The translations under genes were made by a program, and so were the position numbers. Below the pieces are notes generated by a model. It saw only the letters and a program-made list of their open reading frames with translations. It searched no databases and was not told the DNA's origin. DNA of 33,221 nucleotides from a virus (Duplodnaviria; Heunggongvirae; Uroviricota; Caudoviricetes): positions 1 through 33,221 of the IMG/VR virus record IMGVR_UViG_2636415418_000001; one strand, 5' to 3'. Within the stretch, counting starts at the first letter, position 1. Every line of letters begins with the position of its first letter. Of the stretch, positions 9,168-18,741 are shown piece by piece.

Positions 9168-10492
9168 TGCACTGGCACCTTCAGAGGGATCACCGGCACA
9201 AAGCCGGGATGCGTAATGGCATTACGCCGGATAATGTCCGCGTCACGCGCCGCGTTATCAAACCAGGTCGCCGCCAGCACCAGCGCGGGTAAAACCTCAT
9301 CCGGCGTGCGCTGAATGATCCGTGCAGACTGTTCAAGGCGCGTGTTGATATCCGCATTCAGATCTGCTTTCACCCGGCGCAGCGCCAGAAACAGCGCATC
9401 ACTGGTTGTACGGGACAACTCCTTATCAATTGCCGTATTCAGTGTGTCGCGAATGTCGGTCAGTTCTTCCCACGTTGGCAGGTCAACCGTGTTTTTCACC
9501 GCCGGTGCATTGTTCAGTGCCGGATGCGTGACAGAAGGCCAGCCGGTGCTCTGCGCGGGTGTTGTTGACTGCCCCACTGTGGCATTCTGCATCACCGCGG
9601 AAGTTGTGGGCGCAGGCAATCGTGTGACGGCATACGCCGCTTCGCTGATTGCGGTCGTACGAAGGGTGCTGGCAACCACGTTACGCTGCTGCGTCGCCGT
9701 GGCGGTGGTTTTACTGTCCGTTTTCCAGACGCCGCGCGGTTGCAGATCGCTGCCGAGGCTGACACCGGAAAGCGTTTTGATCATGGTGACCAGGTCGCTG
9801 GCGTTACCATAAAGGCGTTTCCCGGTACGCCACATTTTCTGCACCTGCTCAACGAAATTTTTTCCTGACGATGGCGGCGGCAGAAGTACCGAGATATCCC
9901 CCTGCAACAGCCTGGCGGCATCCGATACGGCAGAATCCACCACTTTCATCGCATCAGAAATATACCCAAGCATTGTGCTGGCATTACCGACGACGTCGTT
10001 CTGCACAAAATCTGCCACGCCATCGATACTGAAACCACTGAAGCTGTCACTGATGCAGTCATCCAGTGCAGAACAGGATGACATCAGCGTCTGCGCCGTC
10101 GCCGCACCTGAAGTGGGGTAAGAGAGTTCTCCCGCTTCGACAAACTTCAGGTCAAAGCGGACAATACGCCCTTCACTCTTCGATGTGCTGACCCGAACTT
10201 CCCCGTCAACACAGACTTTCAGCTCACCGTAAGTCGGATGGACAAGCGTGCCGGGACCGGGTTTATTCAGCGCGTCAATCAGGCGATCGCGCTGGTCAAA
10301 GCAGTCATCTCCCACCACATAAGCTGTGATGGACGGGCGGAAAGTGATTTTCCCCAGGTCTTCGGTATAGGGTTTGTCGCGGTTCGGGTATTCGTGCGTT
10401 TCCACACGACGACCGGTTCCCGCACTTTCTTCTTCAACCTTAAATGGCACACCGCGAAATGACGCGTCCTGAAGTCTGTCTTTCCACGTCAT
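9164..10492 (-). CDS. Mu N-like DNA circularisation protein
   Basis: Start chosen at MTWKDRL (GGAG RBS 5 nt upstream); the track start at 10534 has no RBS and would span the terminator hairpin. Confidence 0.65.
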   Translation of the reverse strand: MTWKDRLQDASFRGVPFKVEEESAGTGRRVETHEYPNRDKPYTEDLGKITFRPSITAYVVGDDCFDQRDRLIDALNKPGPGTLVHPTYGELKVCVDGEVRVSTSKSEGRIVRFDLKFVEAGELSYPTSGAATAQTLMSSCSALDDCISDSFSGFSIDGVADFVQNDVVGNASTMLGYISDAMKVVDSAVSDAARLLQGDISVLLPPPSSGKNFVEQVQKMWRTGKRLYGNASDLVTMIKTLSGVSLGSDLQPRGVWKTDSKTTATATQQRNVVASTLRTTAISEAAYAVTRLPAPTTSAVMQNATVGQSTTPAQSTGWPSVTHPALNNAPAVKNTVDLPTWEELTDIRDTLNTAIDKELSRTTSDALFLALRRVKADLNADINTRLEQSARIIQRTPDEVLPALVLAATWFDNAARDADIIRRNAITHPGFVPVIPLKVPVQ

Positions 10493-10507
10493 ATAAACTC
10501 CGTACAT

Positions 10508-10529
10508 AAAAAATCCCACCGGAGTGGGA
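10508..10529 (-). terminator. intrinsic terminator/attenuator between tape measure and N-like genes
   Basis: Minus strand: TCCCAC-TCCG-GTGGGA followed by TTTTTT, in the 60-nt gap between the two genes. Confidence 0.5.
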
Positions 10530-10552
10530 CTCATTAACAGATTAATTTTTCA

Positions 10553-12388
10553 TTACCTGCCAAAGCGCGTATAGCCAACATCATGGCTGACATCAAAACC
10601 GCTGGATCGCGTTTCCATAACCCGCATACCCGGAGGCGAATTCACAAAAGAGACCTTGATCTCACCATCAACTTTTGGCGCAGAAGCTTTGTTAATCATG
10701 AAGGGATTCGGGCCTGTGGCATCGGAGGCGTTGTTTGACTGAGCCGGATCCACCGCCTGATAAGGTGTGTATCCCCGTGCCGGTATTCCCGTCCCATAAG
10801 CATCATAAGCACCCGCGCCCCACTGCGCAGAGTTAATGGCATCGACCGTGTCACCGGAACTGTCGGTAAACCACTCAATAATTGGCTTCAGCTTGTCCCA
10901 CATATCCTGAAACCACTTAACAACCGGTCCCCAGTTATTGATTACCATCCCCAGCGGCGACCAGGCAAAAACCTTCTTCAGAAGTTCCCAGCCAGCCTCA
11001 AAATAAGGACCAATGGTTTCCCAGAGCTTCTTGAAATAAGGTCCGACAACATCCCAGTTAGTGATAATTAATCCCGCAGCCAGGGCTATCGCCGTCGCAA
11101 TCATGCCAATCGGCGTCATCGACATGATCCTGCTGACAATACTGATGGCACCGCCAACGCCCATCAATCCCAGTTTCAGAATCGCAAGACCGGCAGCAAG
11201 CCCGACGACGCCGCGAATAACCCGGGGATTTTCATCCGCAAACTTCGTGAATTTTTCCCCTAACTCCCCCAGCCATTGCGTGATATTTTGGGCGTCACCA
11301 GAAAATGCGCCGCCAATAGCTGCAAGACCGTTAGTTGCGGTCCCCGTCATTGCCTCCCACAGGTTGGACAGCGTACCAAGCTGTGCCTGAACACGTTTAT
11401 TCAGGCTGGCCTGTTTATTCATCTTCTGCTGGATCTGATCGTAACCATCCTTTCCTTTATCGATCAGAGCATTGACCACCTGAAGGGTTTCGGCATCATC
11501 ACCAAATATTGCCTTAAGTACACCTGTTCGCTTAACGTCGGTCAGTTTTCGCAGCTTTGCCAGTTGCTTAAACATGTTATCAAGACCGCCAAAACTCCCT
11601 TTGCCATCAGTAAAATCGAGCTGCACTCCGAGTTTCTGGCGGGCCATGACTTTATTGACGTCCCTGATTTTCTTAACGCTTAATCCGGACTGGATAACTT
11701 TTCGCAGGGCATTACCTGCCGACTCCCCGTTCATCCCCATCTGATCCATCATGACGCTGATAGGGGCAAGGCTCTGTGCAGCCTGAAGTCCGTCCTTATT
11801 CACCATCTTCAGAACAGAACTGGTTTTAGTGAAGAAGGACAACATGTTGGTATCGTCAACGCCCAGATAAAACGCCTTCTGGATAGTGTCGAACAGCCCC
11901 ATCATGTCTTCTGACGCCGTTCCGGTAGCATCCTGCATCTTTGCAGCAAACTCAGCAGCCGCTTCCGGTGTTTTTTTCAGTTGTACCGCAAGATAAGCTG
12001 TCGCTTTACCCACACCACCAAGAATGTTTTCTGCCGGGATCCCCTGACGCACCAGCATCTGCATCATGTTCTGGAAATCAGCCGTTGTACCGGGTAGCTG
12101 GTTACCCAGGCCAATAGCCAGTTTATTGATGTCCTGAAAGCTCTTTCCAACCTCGCCGTTCGCATCCATCATGGCGACTTTCAGCCCGGTGGCGGCGTTT
12201 TCCTGATCGGCATAAGATTTCAGGGAAAGCGTCAGACCCGCTGCCAGTCCGCCACCAAGCGCCAGCCCACCCTGTGACGCTTCTTCCGCCTGGCGTTTAA
12301 ATCCCCGGATTTTCTTTTGCATTTTCGACAGCGCGGGAGAAAGCCTGTCGACACCGGTGATCAACGCCTTAAGCTCAAATTCAGCCAT
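10553..12388 (-). CDS. tail tape measure protein
   Basis: 611-aa ORF, Ala/Gly-rich helical N-terminus and hydrophobic segments, directly downstream of the frameshifted chaperone pair. Confidence 0.85.
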   Translation of the reverse strand: MAEFELKALITGVDRLSPALSKMQKKIRGFKRQAEEASQGGLALGGGLAAGLTLSLKSYADQENAATGLKVAMMDANGEVGKSFQDINKLAIGLGNQLPGTTADFQNMMQMLVRQGIPAENILGGVGKATAYLAVQLKKTPEAAAEFAAKMQDATGTASEDMMGLFDTIQKAFYLGVDDTNMLSFFTKTSSVLKMVNKDGLQAAQSLAPISVMMDQMGMNGESAGNALRKVIQSGLSVKKIRDVNKVMARQKLGVQLDFTDGKGSFGGLDNMFKQLAKLRKLTDVKRTGVLKAIFGDDAETLQVVNALIDKGKDGYDQIQQKMNKQASLNKRVQAQLGTLSNLWEAMTGTATNGLAAIGGAFSGDAQNITQWLGELGEKFTKFADENPRVIRGVVGLAAGLAILKLGLMGVGGAISIVSRIMSMTPIGMIATAIALAAGLIITNWDVVGPYFKKLWETIGPYFEAGWELLKKVFAWSPLGMVINNWGPVVKWFQDMWDKLKPIIEWFTDSSGDTVDAINSAQWGAGAYDAYGTGIPARGYTPYQAVDPAQSNNASDATGPNPFMINKASAPKVDGEIKVSFVNSPPGMRVMETRSSGFDVSHDVGYTRFGR

Positions 12389-12799
12389 GTGTGCGTTTCT
12401 CCTGCTCTATCCTGTTTGCCTGACTGACCAGCAAGGGAATTTCACTGATCGGCATATTCAGCAATTCGAAGGGATTAATGCGCCAGTAACTGGCGCAGTC
12501 AAAGAAGCGATCAGTGAGGTATTCAGCCGTCAGGCCTGGAGGAAAAAACCGGCCACAAGCCACGCCGCTGCATTCAGGTCTGCCGGAGACATCTGGTCGA
12601 CAGAGCTTTGCGGCACTTTCGCCAGCCGCACGATGTATTTCGATACCACATGCGCCAGAAGTCTGACGGACTCATCCTGATTCATCTGGTAGGGATATCC
12701 CAGCTCGCGGACATCTTTCCCGGTGGGCTCATCAAACTCCAGTACGGAGAGTGTCTCGCCATGAGCGGTAATCGGTTTCTTTAACTCAAGCTCTTTCAT
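12381..12799 (-). CDS. tail assembly chaperone, predicted -1 frameshift fusion product
   Basis: Slippery T TTT TTC (plus 12542-12548) lies 3 codons before the stop of the upstream ORF; the -1 frame continues as PPGLTAEY… for about 53 more codons. Confidence 0.5.
12530..12799 (-). CDS. tail assembly chaperone (short product)
   Basis: 89-aa ORF between the tube and tape measure genes, ending just after a slippery heptamer. Confidence 0.65.
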   Translation of the reverse strand: MKELELKKPITAHGETLSVLEFDEPTGKDVRELGYPYQMNQDESVRLLAHVVSKYIVRLAKVPQSSVDQMSPADLNAAAWLVAGFFLQA

Positions 12800-13155
12800 T
12801 ACTGGTAATCCCCTTCTTCACCGTGGAACTCAAGATCGACCGTGCCTTCTTCGGCATTATGGTTCGCTTCGCCGTGCAGCCAGGCAGACGACAGTACATA
12901 GACCTGACCGTTTGCCAGCTCGGCAGTGATGGTCATCTCATCAGACGAGGTGATTTTGCTCACCGGAAAATTCTTCGGCACCTTGAAGGTCCCTTTGACA
13001 TAAGGCGCACGGTGAGTTTCCTTGCGGTCCACTGAACCGTCCAGGCCGATGATGTCATCATTGACCGTCCTGTTCATGGGCACCTCAATGCCGCCGGTCA
13101 GCGATAGCTGCTGACCGTCAATTTTGAAATAACAGGTTCCCCCGATACGGGCCAT
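12799..13155 (-). CDS. tail tube protein (Mu M-like)
   Basis: 118-aa ORF immediately after the sheath gene. Confidence 0.7.
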   Translation of the reverse strand: MARIGGTCYFKIDGQQLSLTGGIEVPMNRTVNDDIIGLDGSVDRKETHRAPYVKGTFKVPKNFPVSKITSSDEMTITAELANGQVYVLSSAWLHGEANHNAEEGTVDLEFHGEEGDYQ

Positions 13156-14651
13156 TATGCAGACTCCTCTGAATACTGAAGACGGAACTGGTTAACCACG
13201 GCAAAGACACGCAACTGGTTAACATAGTCAGGCGGGAACAGCGTGTTCAGGCGGTTCGGATCGCTGGCATCACGCTCCACAACCAGGTACTGCTTAAACA
13301 GTTCGTAGTTTTCCACGATCCCCGCACGCTCAAGCTGACGGTAGGTTGCCAGCAGTTCCCCTTTGATCACCGCCGGGGTGACAATCGCCTGACCGGGACC
13401 AAAGCGGGTACCGTCACTGGCAAGCTTGTGACGCCCGTACTTACTGGTAATGACGGATTTCAGTTTGCGCAGTACATACGCGCTGGTATGCAGTGTCTCA
13501 CTGTCGAGGTAGCTGTTATCCGCAACCCCGTAAGCGTTTTTCCTGTACGTGGTGACATCACGCTGAATGCGCAGTACCCCGCTTTCGACATACGCCGTTG
13601 CCACGCCATGAGACAGCAGGGTCTGTTGTTCGGTCATCGTGAACCGTTTCCCCTTCGGCGCAGGCAGCATACCCACCAGCTCACCGGTCTGCGTGGGACG
13701 TGCCGGATCGTTGCGGATAAACACCGCTGCGCGGGCGGTACGGCTTGCCGCCAGCTCGTCGGCAGGCGTCTGGGTCTCTTTTTCGTATCCCGCCAGGGTA
13801 ATGTGCTGCTGGTTAAACTGGTCACCTGCGGTCACCAGTTCTGACAGCGTGCCGATCTTTGCCGTATACACATGACCATACAGCTGACGCGCATAGCTCC
13901 AGCGACCGCTGGTATCGTTCATCTCGGTCACCAGCGTGTTAACGGAGGCTGTGTCGTTGAACGGCAGGCCGATATAATCAAACGGCTCATCCGCCATTGC
14001 AGCCACCGCGCCGGTGAGAACAGGAGCGCCCGTTCCGGCGGTACCCGTCGCCACGGCAATCTGTACGCCCGCTGGCAGCACTTCGCCCCCACCAAAGCCG
14101 TAGTAATTGAGGCTGACAGGAATTTCATTCCCGCAAAGCCCCTTATGACGCGCGGTCAGTGTGACCACGCCTGCCGAAGATGAGGCAGTAAACGGCAGGG
14201 TCGGAACGGCATTGATGGCATCTTTGATACTGCTGGCAATCGTCGCGACGTTATCGCCGTTGGTCACCGGTGCCTGCACGCGGGTACGTCCCACATAAAC
14301 ATTCACCGTGCCGGTTTCGGTTGCCGCGCCGGTCACCGTCAGCGTAACTGTTGCCGCCGCGCCCGTGGATTCAGGAACGGCAATCACATACAGTTCACCA
14401 AACGGGTCGGTCTGGCGATAAGCCTCGACCATACGCGCCAGCTGACTTCCCGCACCACAAATCTGGCGTGCATAGTCTGCCGATGGCATCAGCACCAGAC
14501 TGTTGGCAACAATCTCTGCACCGTTATTGGCATGACCAATCAGCAGCGATGCTCCGCTGTCCTGTGCAGTATTCGCCGCCGAGTTATCCATTTCCGCATA
14601 AAAAATCGGAACCAGCGTATTCGACGGAATGGTGTTAAAGCTTATCGTCAT
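13155..14651 (-). CDS. contractile tail sheath protein (Mu L-like)
   Basis: 498-aa ORF; size and position fit a myovirus sheath upstream of the tube gene. Confidence 0.85.
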   Translation of the reverse strand: MTISFNTIPSNTLVPIFYAEMDNSAANTAQDSGASLLIGHANNGAEIVANSLVLMPSADYARQICGAGSQLARMVEAYRQTDPFGELYVIAVPESTGAAATVTLTVTGAATETGTVNVYVGRTRVQAPVTNGDNVATIASSIKDAINAVPTLPFTASSSAGVVTLTARHKGLCGNEIPVSLNYYGFGGGEVLPAGVQIAVATGTAGTGAPVLTGAVAAMADEPFDYIGLPFNDTASVNTLVTEMNDTSGRWSYARQLYGHVYTAKIGTLSELVTAGDQFNQQHITLAGYEKETQTPADELAASRTARAAVFIRNDPARPTQTGELVGMLPAPKGKRFTMTEQQTLLSHGVATAYVESGVLRIQRDVTTYRKNAYGVADNSYLDSETLHTSAYVLRKLKSVITSKYGRHKLASDGTRFGPGQAIVTPAVIKGELLATYRQLERAGIVENYELFKQYLVVERDASDPNRLNTLFPPDYVNQLRVFAVVNQFRLQYSEESA

Positions 14652-14805
14652 CGGTATTCACCTTTTTATTCACGCGCCGGATATCACCCGCTGCTTCACG
14701 GCGCAGCCAGTAGTTGTTCTCATCAACATTTCGCCCCTCGGCGGGCAAAAGGTCGCCGCGGGCAGGGTCAGGAACTGACCGCCCTTTAACAGGTTTCACA
14801 AACAT
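14635..14805 (-). CDS. small hypothetical protein (56 aa) upstream of the sheath gene
   Basis: Unlisted ORF that I translated by hand; overlaps both neighbours; could be spurious. Confidence 0.25.
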   Translation of the reverse strand: MFVKPVKGRSVPDPARGDLLPAEGRNVDENNYWLRREAAGDIRRVNKKVNTDDDKL

Positions 14806-14813
14806 GAAGATTC

Positions 14814-15374
14814 TCAGGAAGGAAGGGTTATTTCGGTGTGATGTTCGATATCGCCGTCAGGCCCGTTACCGGGATCGAGATAATCAACATCAATCGCCAG
14901 CGTTCGCAGTTCATCCAGACTGTTCAGGTCATCCTGCTGGCGGGTATCGTCTTCGGTCAGCTCGCTGATGACCGAAAAATCGAACTGATAAATCAGCTCA
15001 TGACGATTCAGATCCAGCAGCGTGCCGCCGTCATAAGTAATCGGGTTACCGCACGCTTCCGGGTTCCAGCCCAGAATGGCCTTAAAGAGCATCTGCCGGA
15101 CATCGTCCACCACATCATACGAGGCAAACTGACCGCGCTCATCACGCCCGTTACTCAGTATGACAACCACGGAGAAACCCTCTTTCAGCTCCTGCCAGTA
15201 GTCGGTCTGGCTTTTGTTTTCTCCCGGAGAGTCATCACCCGGTACCACATACGCCGCCGGGAGTCTCAGCTTTCCGACCTCCGGCAGATTTTTGAACTGT
15301 GCCGCGCCTGCCACCCGGTTTTCAAAATACGGGCAGCGGGCACGCAGCGCAGCAATAACAGGCGTCAGTTTCAT
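14814..15374 (-). CDS. tail completion/terminator-like protein (Gp37-like)
   Basis: 186-aa ORF between head-completion genes and the sheath gene. Confidence 0.5.
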   Translation of the reverse strand: MKLTPVIAALRARCPYFENRVAGAAQFKNLPEVGKLRLPAAYVVPGDDSPGENKSQTDYWQELKEGFSVVVILSNGRDERGQFASYDVVDDVRQMLFKAILGWNPEACGNPITYDGGTLLDLNRHELIYQFDFSVISELTEDDTRQQDDLNSLDELRTLAIDVDYLDPGNGPDGDIEHHTEITLPS

Positions 15375-15889
15375 CTGCGTCGTCGCTCCGGCTTCAGTGA
15401 TTTACGTAATTCCCGCGCCAGAAAATAGCGTGTCCAGCTGCGGTTCTTTTCAAGCGTTTCCACCATGAAGTTATTACGTGGAGCCAGTCGCCAGCCGCTG
15501 CCACCGGATGCACCACGATGATGGCTGCGACGACGCTTTGCCCCTCGCCTCACGCCATAGAACAAAAAAGCCGGATAAAAATCACCGGTGATACGGCGGT
15601 TTCCCTCTCCATTACGCTGGTTAGGGGCTATACGTGCCATAAAACCAGGGCGATGTTTACTGGCTCTGGGTACCATATACCCAATCGAACGTGCCAGGCG
15701 TCCGGTCTGATAACCGGGGTTTTCACCCGGTGCCGACCGCGCACGGCGCATCACCAGCCGACGGGCATCACGCATATGACGCTGACCAATCGTGACAAAC
15801 GCCCGCCGGACACGGGCGCGGTTAAAGCGCATCTCCGCGGGCTGCTGAAAATCAACGTGCAAAAAGGAAGTCGTCATTGTTGCCTCCAT
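15371..15889 (-). CDS. HK97 gp10-like virion morphogenesis protein
   Basis: 172-aa basic protein in the head-tail joining cluster. Confidence 0.45.
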   Translation of the reverse strand: MEATMTTSFLHVDFQQPAEMRFNRARVRRAFVTIGQRHMRDARRLVMRRARSAPGENPGYQTGRLARSIGYMVPRASKHRPGFMARIAPNQRNGEGNRRITGDFYPAFLFYGVRRGAKRRRSHHRGASGGSGWRLAPRNNFMVETLEKNRSWTRYFLARELRKSLKPERRRR

Positions 15890-16262
15890 GACTCTGCCTA
15901 TATTCGCCCAGCTCCGTACACTCCAGCAGCAGAAAGCGCCGCGCCCCGTTCAGATCGCGCTGACGTTTCACCCGGTACACACTGTCATCACAGACCACCT
16001 CATAATCAGCAGTGATCCCCCGGCGGTAGCGAATGGTGATGTAATGGGTGATGGCGTCCCCGGTCTGCGCGGTTTCCTGCCAGGTGGTGGCACTGGTCTG
16101 GATAACCTTCGCCCATGTCCGGAACGTAACCGGGTATTGAGACTCCACACCAAAGTTATCCGCGGGCATATCCACCCGCTGGCGGATCAGGACGCGTTTA
16201 TTCAGTTCACCGGGGTCCGGCAGAATGTAGGTTGCGCTGGTCTGCGCCTGACGAATTTTCAT
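15852..16262 (-). CDS. head-tail adaptor / head closure protein
   Basis: Position after the connector gene; the true start may be an internal ATG. Confidence 0.5.
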   Translation of the reverse strand: MKIRQAQTSATYILPDPGELNKRVLIRQRVDMPADNFGVESQYPVTFRTWAKVIQTSATTWQETAQTGDAITHYITIRYRRGITADYEVVCDDSVYRVKRQRDLNGARRFLLLECTELGEYRQSHGGNNDDFLFAR

Positions 16263-16582
16263 TGCGGAAAGTACCTGTACGGGCCGACAAGCCAGCCAAA
16301 ACTCTGCGGCATGTCGAGTTTCTCCACTTCCGTAACCGACGAGCGGTTTTCGTAAAAATGGCTGATAAGCATCAGCATCCCCAGGCGAATATCATCCGGC
16401 AGGTGCAGCCCGTCTGGATCGCTGTCCGGAATGGTTTCATCCGGTGCATAGAGCTTCCGGTTCAGATACGTTTCCGTCCGCTTTTGCGCCGCACAGGCCA
16501 GCAGTTGCAGATGGCGGTCATCAGCATCGAAATCCTCATCCAGCCGGAGTTGGGCTTTAATCTCTTCCATTGTCAGAAGCAT
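16259..16582 (-). CDS. gp6-like head-tail connector protein
   Basis: 107-aa ORF in the usual position downstream of the capsid gene. Confidence 0.6.
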   Translation of the reverse strand: MLLTMEEIKAQLRLDEDFDADDRHLQLLACAAQKRTETYLNRKLYAPDETIPDSDPDGLHLPDDIRLGMLMLISHFYENRSSVTEVEKLDMPQSFGWLVGPYRYFPQ

Positions 16583-16584
16583 AC

Positions 16585-16785
16585 TCAGCCCTCTTTACTG
16601 GTCGTGGCTTTTTTCTCTTTTGCCGCTTTACTGCTTTTTGCACTGATTCCGCGCTCTGCTAACCCGGCCTGAAGTGCAATCTCCTGCACCCGGGCAGGAA
16701 GCGCCCCGTCGTCATACTCACCGGCCCGAATGACCTCAACACGCATACCGTCCGGTGACCATTTCAGATCTTGTTTCAGGATCAT
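16585..16785 (-). CDS. small hypothetical head-module protein
   Basis: 66-aa ORF between capsid and connector genes with a weak RBS. Confidence 0.35.
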   Translation of the reverse strand: MILKQDLKWSPDGMRVEVIRAGEYDDGALPARVQEIALQAGLAERGISAKSSKAAKEKKATTSKEG

Positions 16786-16806
16786 GATTCTTCACCCGTC
16801 AGAACA

Positions 16807-16827
16807 GGGGGCGCGGTTCCGCGCCCC
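16807..16827 (-). terminator. GC-rich stem-loop just after the major capsid gene
   Basis: Perfect 9-bp inverted repeat GGGGCGCGG-TT-CCGCGCCCC about 8 nt past the capsid stop; no U-run follows. Confidence 0.4.
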
Positions 16828-16834
16828 TGAGTGA

Positions 16835-18040
16835 TTACGCCGCTGCAATCTTCAGCAGTTTGATGGCCTGCGAATCGACCAGCATCCCGCCGGTGCGCTT
16901 GGTGGTATAAAAACCGACAAACGGTTTATTGGTGTACGGGTCACGCAGAATGCGGGTGCCGATACGGTCAACGATGGTGTAACCCCGTTTGAAGTTACCA
17001 AATGCAATGGCTTTCGCATCAGCGGCGATATCCGGCATCTGTTCGTTTTCAGCGATACCGTAACCCGCCAGAGAGGACGGCTGCCCCAGCTCCAGCCCCG
17101 GACGCCACAGATAGTTACCCTCGCTGTCTTTCAGCAGACGGATGGCAAACAGGCTATTGTTGTTCATCATGAACTTCGCGCCGGTGCGGTGTGCCTTACG
17201 CAGCGTGTAAATCAGTTTGATAATGGCGTCTGCGGTCACCGCCGTCGCGTCGCCGGATACAATATGCTGAAGTTTGCCGAACGCCCGGACCTTATCGGTT
17301 TCATCCGTGGATTCATACGCCAGGAACCCTTTCGGCTTCTTGGTACCATCGCCGGTGGTAAAGGCAATTTCTTCCTGTTCAGCAAATTCGGTCGCCAGCT
17401 CGCTGTTGATCCAGGCCTCCACGTTGAAGAAGGCATCATCCAGCATTTTCTGAGTGGCCTGCGGGTTACCGTAGATTTCCCCCATGAAAGGTTCAATCAG
17501 GCCCAGTTTTGAGGTGGCAGTCTGGGAGCGCGCGTCAGTCTCGCCAACCCATCCGGAAGCCGTGCCGCCCAGATTCACCAGTTTTTTGTAGTCGGAACCA
17601 CCAACGGTGATCACCGTGGCTTCCTGACGCATCACCACTTCATCTTTCAGCAAGGTCAGAATGTTGCGATCCAGCGCTTCCGGCACGGCATAGCCACCGT
17701 CTTCATCGGTGCCCACCTGTAATGCCTTGCGCTCCAGATCGCGCAGACCATCTTCACGGCCTTTACGCAGGAAGCCCACAAACGCTTCTTTATGCTCGGT
17801 GGCCAGTTTATTTTGCGCACCACCTGCCGGACGTTTCAGCTCAAGCAGCTCTTTTTCAAGGTCGCTTTTGAGGTTTTCCAGCTCGCTGAGTTTTCCGTTC
17901 AGGGTTTCCACCTGCCCGGCAAGTTTGCCTTTTTCCTGCTCAATCGCCTCAACGCGCTTGTCGTTCTTTGCTTTGAAGTCGTCAAACTTCTGCTGCAGCT
18001 CCTGCGCGACCTGTTCGACATCTTTAATATCAACTGCCAT
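16835..18040 (-). CDS. major capsid protein (HK97 fold)
   Basis: 401-aa ORF following the prohead protease; coiled-coil N-terminal delta-like region. Confidence 0.9.
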   Translation of the reverse strand: MAVDIKDVEQVAQELQQKFDDFKAKNDKRVEAIEQEKGKLAGQVETLNGKLSELENLKSDLEKELLELKRPAGGAQNKLATEHKEAFVGFLRKGREDGLRDLERKALQVGTDEDGGYAVPEALDRNILTLLKDEVVMRQEATVITVGGSDYKKLVNLGGTASGWVGETDARSQTATSKLGLIEPFMGEIYGNPQATQKMLDDAFFNVEAWINSELATEFAEQEEIAFTTGDGTKKPKGFLAYESTDETDKVRAFGKLQHIVSGDATAVTADAIIKLIYTLRKAHRTGAKFMMNNNSLFAIRLLKDSEGNYLWRPGLELGQPSSLAGYGIAENEQMPDIAADAKAIAFGNFKRGYTIVDRIGTRILRDPYTNKPFVGFYTTKRTGGMLVDSQAIKLLKIAAA

Positions 18041-18054
18041 CGTATTTCTCCTGA

Positions 18055-18741
18055 TTAGAAGTTCAGATTTTTCAGTGCATTCAGTGCAGAGCCCACATCC
18101 TCAGCGTCGCGCAGGGACAGTGCGCCATAGCCCCCGGCCATGAATGCTTTGGCCTGGGTACGGGAGAGTCCGACATCACGCAGGACTCTTTCGATTTTTT
18201 TCTGTTCGGGGATTTCCCCGCGGGCCAGTGCGTTCTTGACGTCGCTGATCCGCGCCTCGTCGTTAGACGGGAATGTCACCAGACTGACTTCCCAGAGGTC
18301 GATTTCTTTCAGCAGAAAGGCTTCTTTCGTCCGGTCGTATTCCCAGTCCTTCAGGACGTACCCAATAGAAAGGCCGGTTAACGAACCGGCCTTCATGTGT
18401 GCATGTGCGCGTTTTGCGAGGGGATCATCATCAATAAGCAACCGTCCCCTGACGTAAAGCCCGACATCGTCTTCCTTCATTTCGGTGTAAACACCGATGG
18501 GTTCATCCATGCGGTGCTGCCAGAGCAGCGCAGGTAACGCTTTTCTGTCACTCCACGCCCGCAGGGAAGCAGCAAATGCCCCGGACATCACCACATCATC
18601 GTGGCTGTCCTTTACACCAAAGACGGAGCCATACCCTTCAAACTCACCGGAGTCACTGACAGATTTCAGACTCAGCGGTACATCAAGACGTTGTTTCGTC
18701 TGCATTGGCGTTATCCTTCTGCTTACCGGCTTTACTGCCAT
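18055..18741 (-). CDS. prohead protease (HK97 family)
   Basis: Position between portal and capsid; true start probably the internal MQTKQ. Confidence 0.75.
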   Translation of the reverse strand: MAVKPVSRRITPMQTKQRLDVPLSLKSVSDSGEFEGYGSVFGVKDSHDDVVMSGAFAASLRAWSDRKALPALLWQHRMDEPIGVYTEMKEDDVGLYVRGRLLIDDDPLAKRAHAHMKAGSLTGLSIGYVLKDWEYDRTKEAFLLKEIDLWEVSLVTFPSNDEARISDVKNALARGEIPEQKKIERVLRDVGLSRTQAKAFMAGGYGALSLRDAEDVGSALNALKNLNF

